The notes below the pieces were generated by a model. It worked only from the letters and a program-made list of their open reading frames with translations. It was not told the DNA's origin and did not search any database. Positions 57,449-64,000 of a DNA stretch of 64,000 nucleotides are shown here, one piece after another; position 1 is the stretch's first letter; every line of letters starts with the position of its first letter. Origin of the DNA: an uncultured Pseudomonadales bacterium (GTDB lineage: Bacteria; Patescibacteriota; Microgenomatia; UBA1400; PJMF01); assembly GCA_964637295.1 (NCBI GenBank), contig CAZWWE010000001.1, positions 188,312-252,311 on the forward strand, written 5' to 3'. Made by a program: the position numbers and the translations under genes.

Positions 57449-58551
57449 CCCAAGATATTAACTATTGCCGTCGCGCCACTGCCGCCAACATTATGGGCAA
57501 GCGCCTTGTCAAATTGACCAGCTTCAATTGATGATGCCAAAAAAGCCACCTGTTTTACACCAGTGGCTCCCACTGGATGCCCACAAGCCTTGAGCCCACC
57601 AGAAGGGTTGACTACTACTAAACCATCATAAGTGGCTTGACCTTCAGCAATAGCCTTAGCAGCCTGACCTTTGCTAAAAAAGCCAAGATCTTCAGTGGCT
57701 AGAATTTCAGCAATACTAAAACAATCATGTACTTCAATGGCTTGAATATCTTTTTGACTCAAACCAGCCTGATTAAAGGCTTGCTTAGCTGCTTTTTGTG
57801 TGGCTACTAATTTTCCTAAGTCTTGGCGGTCTTGCAGTGCCAATGTATCTTGGGCATGACCAAAACCTAAAATTTGCGTTTTACGATTGGATTTTTTACT
57901 ACTTAGAATCACCGCTGCTACTCCATCACTAATTGGCGAACAATCTAAAAGTCTAAGCGGCGAAGCAACTATCGCAGAATTAGCAACATCTTCGAGAGTA
58001 AATTTTTTATGAAATTGAGCCTGGGGATTACTAAAAGCATGCAGGTGATTTTTAACCACCACGCTAGATAATTGCTCTCGAGTCGTTCCATAGTGATGCA
58101 TGTGATAATCGGCTAAAACTGCATAAAGCGCTGGAAAAGTCGAACCGTATTCCTTTTCTCTACTAGCCGCTGTCGCCAAAATAGCGCTAGCTTGACTACC
58201 AGAAACATCAGTCATTTTTTCTACTCCCAAAACCAAAACTGTCTTGTATAAACCGCTGAGTAAAGCTTGTTGCGCTGCCACTACTGCCAAGCCACCAGAG
58301 GCACAAGCCCCTTCGACGCGCATCGCCGGCGGAAAATGAGCAAATTGTTCACTGACTAAAGCCCCCAAATGTCTTTGTTCATTAAAACTGCCACTGGCCT
58401 TGTTAGCGACAAAAATTGCTTCAATTTCTGAAGGATTGATTTGTGCATCAGCCAAAACACCGCTCACACCTTCTTTAATCAAATCGGTTAAACTTTTTTC
58501 CCAAAGTTCCCCAAATTTACCGATGTAGTTACCAATTATTTTAATGTTCAT
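57436..58551 (-). CDS. Acetoacetyl-CoA thiolase, archaeal (SCP2-like) type
   Basis: VEGACASG (Cys), CSPISDG, EVHDCF, VNPSGGL..GHPVGATG, HNVGG. Confidence 0.9.
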   Translation of the reverse strand: MNIKIIGNYIGKFGELWEKSLTDLIKEGVSGVLADAQINPSEIEAIFVANKASGSFNEQRHLGALVSEQFAHFPPAMRVEGACASGGLAVVAAQQALLSGLYKTVLVLGVEKMTDVSGSQASAILATAASREKEYGSTFPALYAVLADYHMHHYGTTREQLSSVVVKNHLHAFSNPQAQFHKKFTLEDVANSAIVASPLRLLDCSPISDGVAAVILSSKKSNRKTQILGFGHAQDTLALQDRQDLGKLVATQKAAKQAFNQAGLSQKDIQAIEVHDCFSIAEILATEDLGFFSKGQAAKAIAEGQATYDGLVVVNPSGGLKACGHPVGATGVKQVAFLASSIEAGQFDKALAHNVGGSGATAIVNILGIKT

Positions 58552-59626
58552 GCTGACTCCTCATTTTTTGATAATTGGCAAGATCAATCGTCTGCAAAAC
58601 AGCAATTTGCTCTGCAAGCATTTTGCGAAATTTTTTTCTTTGGGCAACTAGATAGCTAGTCGTTTCAAACAAAAAGGCATCGGCTCCAGCTCCAGAGCCA
58701 TAAGAACAAATTAAAATTTTACTTTTAGCGGGAGCAATATCTAAAACTGCACACAAAGCTAAAAGCGAAGCCGCCGCATAAGTGTTGCCAATTTCCTTCA
58801 CAATCAAAGATGGCGCCAATTGCTCTTTAGTAAAACCCAATTGTTTAGCGACCTGCTCTGGAAACTTGGCATTGGGGGTATGAAAAACACAAAAATCTAT
58901 CTCTGCTGGCTGTAAATTAACTTCCTCTAACAAAGCTTTGGTTGCCATGGTTACATGCTTAAAATAGGCAGGTTCACCAGTAAATCTACCAAAGTGTTGC
59001 GGATAAGCTTCTTTGGGTTTACGCCAAAAATCTGGAGTGTCGGTTGCCACTGATTTAGTGGCCAGCAATTCAGCTAATAGTTGATTGCCATTTACTTCGC
59101 TACCAAGAATGAAGGCGGCGGCGCCCGCCGCCGCCGTATATTCCAAAGCGTCGCCGGGGCGAGCTTGAGCTGTATCAGCACCAATCGCCATCGCACTTTT
59201 TGACATGCCTGCTTGCACATAAGCAGCAGCGATTTGCAGCGACTGTGAACCTGCTTTGCAAGCAAATTGTAAATCTGCCATACTCAAAAAATCACTCAAA
59301 CCCAAAGCGGTTTTGGCTACTGTTCCAGAAGGTTTCACGGCATAAGGATGACTTTCGCTACCAATAAAAAGCGTGCCAATATCATTGACTATTCCCCCAT
59401 TAGCTAAAAACCGATCAAGAGCAATTTTGCCTGCACTAGTTGCCAAAGTAATCGTGTCTTCATCAACACTTGGCACAGTTTTAGAGATTACGCCAAGTGA
59501 TTTTGCTAAATCATTATTTTTACCCTGACTTTCTGCAATCGTGCTGGTCAAAACTTTTTGTTTTGGCAAAGCTGCCCCGTAAGCAACAATCCCCACTCGA
59601 TTTTTGTTTATTTTAGAGTTTTTCAT
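58541..59626 (-). CDS. Hydroxymethylglutaryl-CoA synthase, archaeal type
   Basis: DEDTIT, GSESHPYAVKP, FACKAG (Cys), DTPDFWR, RFTGEPAYFKH, FHTPN, IGNTY, SYGSGAG. Confidence 0.93.
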   Translation of the reverse strand: MKNSKINKNRVGIVAYGAALPKQKVLTSTIAESQGKNNDLAKSLGVISKTVPSVDEDTITLATSAGKIALDRFLANGGIVNDIGTLFIGSESHPYAVKPSGTVAKTALGLSDFLSMADLQFACKAGSQSLQIAAAYVQAGMSKSAMAIGADTAQARPGDALEYTAAAGAAAFILGSEVNGNQLLAELLATKSVATDTPDFWRKPKEAYPQHFGRFTGEPAYFKHVTMATKALLEEVNLQPAEIDFCVFHTPNAKFPEQVAKQLGFTKEQLAPSLIVKEIGNTYAAASLLALCAVLDIAPAKSKILICSYGSGAGADAFLFETTSYLVAQRKKFRKMLAEQIAVLQTIDLANYQKMRSQHEH

Positions 59627-59630
59627 GTAA

Positions 59631-60803
59631 TTATCTTGCTAAACGCTGATGAGCGCTGGCTAAACTATGGTTACTAAGGGCTGCTAAGCCAGAAATTTCG
59701 GCCGCCAATACACCCGCTGCGAGAATTGTGACTAGTTGCGATGCGCTAAGATCTTTTTGATCTTTTGTAATGAGATTTCGTAATTCTTTTTGCGCAGGCA
59801 AGTTTGTTCCTCCACCAACACTACCCAGTGGCAAATCTGGGAGATTGACGGCAACATACAAACCTTTTTCTTCATTTTCTACAATCGTAGTTCCTTGACT
59901 GGCTTCTACGATATGAGCCAAATCTTGGCCAGTGGCCATATAAAAAGCTGCCGCTACATTGGCAAACTGCATATTGGCTGAATTAGAACCCGCTATTTGA
60001 GAACCAAGCACATTCTTGGCTTGATGAGTTCTTAAAAAATCCCTAGCATTTGTTTTTAAAACATTTTGCAAAATCTCTTCATTTAAAAAAATCTCTGCTT
60101 GGGCACTATAGCCTCTACCTAATAATTGATTGATGAATGATACTTTTTTATCTGTGCAAACATTACTAGACAAAGCCAGCATTTCTATGCCCTTATATTG
60201 ACTGAGAAACTCTTCCCAAAGTTTCTGCAGGGCGATGGTCACCATATTCATACCCATCGCTTCATCAGTTAAAAAACTAAAACGTACATAAACATTGCGG
60301 CCTCTGACCAAACTCATTAGTTTAATAAATTTAAGATGCGAGCTGGTTTTTTCGGTAATTTGACGAATTTTGGCACTGGTTTTGACTTCTTCCAAATATT
60401 GGGCAAAGGCAAAAGCTTCATTGCCACTTCTAAAAGCAAAAACTGGAGCTCGAGTTATTCCAAAATTGGTCACTCTGACTTGTGCTCCGCCAGCTTGATT
60501 AATGACTTTCAGACCTCTATTGACGCTGGCCACAAGTGCTCCTTCGCTGGTCGCCAAAGGCACAAAGTATTCGGCTGTTTTTTGTTGCTCAATAATTTTG
60601 ACTGGCCCAGCCAAGCCAACCGGCAACGCCACTGCACCCACCATGTTTTCGCAATTTTTTTGATTAGCTTGGGATAATTCAGGATTAACTGCAAAAAGAT
60701 GAGTAAAAACACCTTTTTTCCATTCTTTTTGCAATTGTTCTTGACGCTTTTTAATCATTTCCAGATCAGAAAGCTCTTTTTGATTTTTGACAAAAAACGA
60801 CAT
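59631..60803 (-). CDS. hmgA: HMG-CoA reductase, class I (archaeal/eukaryotic type)
   Basis: NCENMVG, PLATSEGALVASVNRG, EAMGMNM, SSNVCTDKK, TGQDLAH, VGGGT, C-terminal His. Confidence 0.93.
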   Translation of the reverse strand: MSFFVKNQKELSDLEMIKKRQEQLQKEWKKGVFTHLFAVNPELSQANQKNCENMVGAVALPVGLAGPVKIIEQQKTAEYFVPLATSEGALVASVNRGLKVINQAGGAQVRVTNFGITRAPVFAFRSGNEAFAFAQYLEEVKTSAKIRQITEKTSSHLKFIKLMSLVRGRNVYVRFSFLTDEAMGMNMVTIALQKLWEEFLSQYKGIEMLALSSNVCTDKKVSFINQLLGRGYSAQAEIFLNEEILQNVLKTNARDFLRTHQAKNVLGSQIAGSNSANMQFANVAAAFYMATGQDLAHIVEASQGTTIVENEEKGLYVAVNLPDLPLGSVGGGTNLPAQKELRNLITKDQKDLSASQLVTILAAGVLAAEISGLAALSNHSLASAHQRLAR

Positions 60804-60866
60804 TACTCTTTAATAGTCGCAAAATTACTTAGAAATCATGCAAAAAAGACTAAGAACGAGCGTGAA

Positions 60867-61424
60867 TTAGTTAAAAAAAAGAGCAGTGCTTACTTCATTG
60901 ATTGCTTGTTGAAGAAGGACTTGTTCGTTTTGATTCATTTTCATTAACACGTAATTACTGGGTTCTATATTGCGATTTCCACCTCGACCATCAACGCCCA
61001 AACGCAGGTGCCAAAAATTTTTGTGCCCCAAGTGTTTGTAGATCGAATTTAAACCATTGTGAACTTTGGGGCCTTTAGCTTTTTGTAACTTATATTGTCC
61101 CAAGTCCAAATCAAGGTCATCGTGAGCAACAATTAGATGATTGCCTTCGTCTTCTTCAAGAAAATCACTGTAAAAATAACTGAAAAAATGATGTAAAACC
61201 ATGCCTGAGTTATTCATAAAAGCCAGTGGTTTGATCAGGCAAAGATCTTCGGCTACACCGTTTTGTAGAATTTCTGCTTTCACATAAGCCAATTCAAATT
61301 TTTTCTCAAATTGTAATTTTAAGGAAAGTTTTTGTGCTAAAGCATCAATAAAAATAAAGCCAGCATTGTGCCGCGTATTTTCATATTCTTTGCCTGGATT
61401 TCCCAAACCAACAATGACTTTCAT
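60867..61424 (-). CDS. pth: Peptidyl-tRNA hydrolase
   Basis: MKVIVGLGNPG..Y..TRHNAGF, KP..FMN.SG, HDDLD, HNG, YVL. Start at 61424. Confidence 0.93.
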   Translation of the reverse strand: MKVIVGLGNPGKEYENTRHNAGFIFIDALAQKLSLKLQFEKKFELAYVKAEILQNGVAEDLCLIKPLAFMNNSGMVLHHFFSYFYSDFLEEDEGNHLIVAHDDLDLDLGQYKLQKAKGPKVHNGLNSIYKHLGHKNFWHLRLGVDGRGGNRNIEPSNYVLMKMNQNEQVLLQQAINEVSTALFFN

Positions 61425-61464
61425 AATTTCACTTAAGTTAAGGAAAGTATATAATAACCAGATT

Positions 61465-62577
61465 ATGAAAACCATCGGGATCTTTACTAGTGGTTACGGA
61501 CACGAAAGCATTGCTGACGCCATTGCTGAAAAAATTGCACTGCAAACAGAGAAAAAATATCGGGTAAAAAAATATTTCCGTCCGGAAATTCTAGGCTTTG
61601 CCTATAATTCTGTTTATAAATTTATTCCCGAATCTATGGGACCACCTTTTCACCTCAGTTCAAAGGTTTTACAAAAAGATAAAAGCATTCGTCAATTTTT
61701 AGAAAATTTATTTGTTGTTAACACTGAAAAATTGATTCGTAATTTTGTGAAAAAAAACAAAATTGATCTTTGTATCAGCACTTATTTTGGTTGCAATCCT
61801 GTCTTAGAAAAACTGCAAGCAGAAAACATTCCTTTGATTAATGTCATCACCGATCCTCGCACCGCCCACTCTTTAATTGTCACCGATAAGGCAAAGCTGC
61901 AATTAGTCTTTGATCAACATATTTTAAATAACTATCAAACAAAAAACATGATTTGTTCTGGCTGGTTTGTCAGAAAAAAATTTGAAGAAGATTATGATCA
62001 GGCTCAAATTAGAAAAAAGCTCAAGCTCAGCGATGAGCTAACTTTTTTATTGGTTTCTGGTTCGCAAGGTTCCAATACTATTTTGAAAATTTTACCAAGC
62101 ATTATTAATTGTGAGCGCGCCGTTAACTTCGTGGTAGCCTGTGGAAAAAACAAGTTTTTATACAATAACATCTTGGGTATTAAAAAAAGCTTGAGCAAAC
62201 TTAGCTCATCTAAAGCTAAAATTATTCCTCTTGCCTACACTAAAGATTTACATTTGTACATGCAAGCTGCCGACATGGTCATTGGTAAAGCTGGACCAAA
62301 TACTCTTTTTGAAAGTATTGCTTGCGAGACTGCTTTTTTTGCCATTACCCACATTCATGGCCAAGAAGATGGCAATCTCGATATCATTCGAGATTATCAA
62401 ATCGGCATCGTAGAAGAAAACGTCAAAAAAGCTAATCAAGAATTAGAAAAATTAATTCAACACCCAGAAAAAATTAAGGCTTTTACGCCTGCTATTAAAA
62501 AGTTAAAAAAATACAATCAAAACGCCATTAATGTTTTGCTAAAACAAATGGATTTGCTTCTAAAAACCAAAACTTAA
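61465..62577 (+). CDS. GT28 MGDG-synthase/UgtP-like glycosyltransferase
   Basis: TSGYGH, VITD, SGSQG, VVACGKN, MQAADMVIGKAGPNT, GQEDGN. ATG at 61465 follows TATAAT. Confidence 0.8.
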   Translation: MKTIGIFTSGYGHESIADAIAEKIALQTEKKYRVKKYFRPEILGFAYNSVYKFIPESMGPPFHLSSKVLQKDKSIRQFLENLFVVNTEKLIRNFVKKNKIDLCISTYFGCNPVLEKLQAENIPLINVITDPRTAHSLIVTDKAKLQLVFDQHILNNYQTKNMICSGWFVRKKFEEDYDQAQIRKKLKLSDELTFLLVSGSQGSNTILKILPSIINCERAVNFVVACGKNKFLYNNILGIKKSLSKLSSSKAKIIPLAYTKDLHLYMQAADMVIGKAGPNTLFESIACETAFFAITHIHGQEDGNLDIIRDYQIGIVEENVKKANQELEKLIQHPEKIKAFTPAIKKLKKYNQNAINVLLKQMDLLLKTKT

Positions 62578-62585
62578 CAAAAGAA

Positions 62586-64000
62586 TTAAGTGGCAATGTG
62601 AATTGAGGACAACTCTTCCACAGTTGTTGTTTCTTCGAAGCTCTTGTCGTATCGAATTTTTACCAATCGAGGAAAACGCAAGGCTACACCAGCAGTGTGA
62701 ATTGGTGATTTACTAATTTCATCAGCCGCAATTTCTAAAACAATTTTTGGCATCAACCAAAAATCTGGGCTCAAATTTTTATCAACATCATAAATCACTG
62801 GTTTTTGATTATTAACACTCAAATTTTGGTCAGCAATTTGTTTAATTTCGCGAAATTGAGCATCAGTTAAACCGGTACCAATTTTTGACAAACTTTTTAC
62901 CACCAATTCACCAGCCTGATTTTTGGCTAGCACACCCACCAATAATGCTCCAATGCCAAAAGCTTGTCTTTTACCTTTGCCCACATAATAACCCAACATC
63001 AAACAATCAATGGTATCAGATAGCTTGCCCTGACTGCCTTCTTCTTCTTTAATTTTGACCCAACGCCAAGATTTACGACCAGAAACATAGCCGGAATTTT
63101 TTTGCTTCATCACTGCCCCTTCCAAACCCAGCTGTAATTGCTGTTCATGGAAAGCTTTGAGTTTTTGTGGATCGTTGATTAATAAATAACTAGTTTTTTT
63201 AATCAATGCCGAATCTTGCAAGATGGTTGCTAATTTAGCTTTGCGATTAATTAAGTTTTCGTCAATTAAAACCTGACTGTCAAGCAAAAGTAAATCGAAA
63301 GCGTAAAAACAAATTGGCACTTCTTTGGCTTTCATTCCAATGTCATGTTTGCGTTTGCGCTGAATTGTTTCTTGAAAAGCCAAAAATTTGCCAGTTTGTT
63401 GATCAACTCCAATGGCTTCAGTGTCCAAAATACAATTTTTAACTTTCAGTGTTTTGACCACTGCTGCCAATTCGGGAAACATGTGCGTTACATCTTCCAA
63501 GTTTCTGGTAAAAGCTTTATATGGCAAGCCATTATCTGTAAACTTGTCTTTATTAACGTGAATTTGTACTCTCAAACCATCGTATTTGGGCTCAGCGACC
63601 ACCTCGCCCATTTTTTCAATAATTTCTTGAGCGCTATTTAAGCGCTGGCAAAGAACAGGCAAAACTGGAATGCCAACTTCTACTTGATAATGCTTGAGTA
63701 ATTCTGCGCTGCTTAGCTCGCGATATTCAATCAGATAAGCCGTCGCTAATTTGCCCAAATCAGCTTTTTTATAAAAAGCTTTTTCCAAATTGGCACTATC
63801 ATTTTTAGCATTAGTTTTGACAAAAGATAAAGCATCTATCAAGGTCATGGTTGAAAAACCCAATCTCATTTTGGACAAAATGATGCGGCTCACATATTTG
63901 GCAGACAAAGGATCTAGTTTCTCTAAAAGCGCAGCCAATAAAATCATTTTTTTATCTTGAGAACCAAGCCCTGATGTTTTAGCTAATTCACTTAGCGCAG
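62586..64000 (-). CDS. ATP-dependent DNA ligase, archaeal-like (5' end beyond the right edge)
   Basis: EPKYDGLRVQIH, ILDTE, FDLL, EGAVMK, WVKIK, KIGTGLTD, LRFPR. The frame stays open to the edge (ALSELAKTSGLGSQDKK). Confidence 0.93.
   Translation of the reverse strand, partial: ALSELAKTSGLGSQDKKMILLAALLEKLDPLSAKYVSRIILSKMRLGFSTMTLIDALSFVKTNAKNDSANLEKAFYKKADLGKLATAYLIEYRELSSAELLKHYQVEVGIPVLPVLCQRLNSAQEIIEKMGEVVAEPKYDGLRVQIHVNKDKFTDNGLPYKAFTRNLEDVTHMFPELAAVVKTLKVKNCILDTEAIGVDQQTGKFLAFQETIQRKRKHDIGMKAKEVPICFYAFDLLLLDSQVLIDENLINRKAKLATILQDSALIKKTSYLLINDPQKLKAFHEQQLQLGLEGAVMKQKNSGYVSGRKSWRWVKIKEEEGSQGKLSDTIDCLMLGYYVGKGKRQAFGIGALLVGVLAKNQAGELVVKSLSKIGTGLTDAQFREIKQIADQNLSVNNQKPVIYDVDKNLSPDFWLMPKIVLEIAADEISKSPIHTAGVALRFPRLVKIRYDKSFEETTTVEELSSIHIAT

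Noticed and set aside
62586-64000. ATP-dependent ligase as a sign of a prophage or NHEJ module
   Set aside because: No phage genes, Ku or LigD domains are in view. Its N-terminal region resembles archaeal-type ligases commonly found on CPR chromosomes.

Overview
This is a compact, AT-rich chromosomal segment read with genetic code 11. The gene set points to a Patescibacteria/CPR bacterium of the Microgenomates group (inferred from the pilNO block, the VirD4-like ATPase, unlinked rRNA, the archaeal-type upper mevalonate pathway and an ATP-dependent DNA ligase). From left to right: (1) a >=1629-aa membrane-anchored giant protein missing from the ORF track because it runs off the left edge, in a co-directional block with an Fn3 surface protein, pilN/pilO and murJ; (2) rpsT, lepA, a SurA-like chaperone and a C39-like peptidase; (3) a tRNA-Ala/23S/5S unit with its own promoter and no 16S; (4) a VirD4/TraG-like ATPase, nagZ, rpsA and pgk; (5) an ~18-kb surface-glycan locus; (6) Cys-rich surface proteins and a rare tRNA-Ile(UAU); (7) a seven-gene mevalonate operon, pth, an MGDG-synthase-like glycosyltransferase and a partial DNA ligase. 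Best novelty candidates: (a) a modular family of exported proteins sharing a TM-QDxRQ(Q/K)A leader, in two cases a PxDFLPxKY N-terminus and in two cases a ~50-aa Cys-containing module, fused to unrelated cargos (polymorphic-effector-like); (b) a family of long non-coding palindromic elements whose stems swallow the stop codon of the upstream gene at operon junctions; (c) tRNA-Ile(UAU). All calls come from reading the sequence by eye; no database searches were run.
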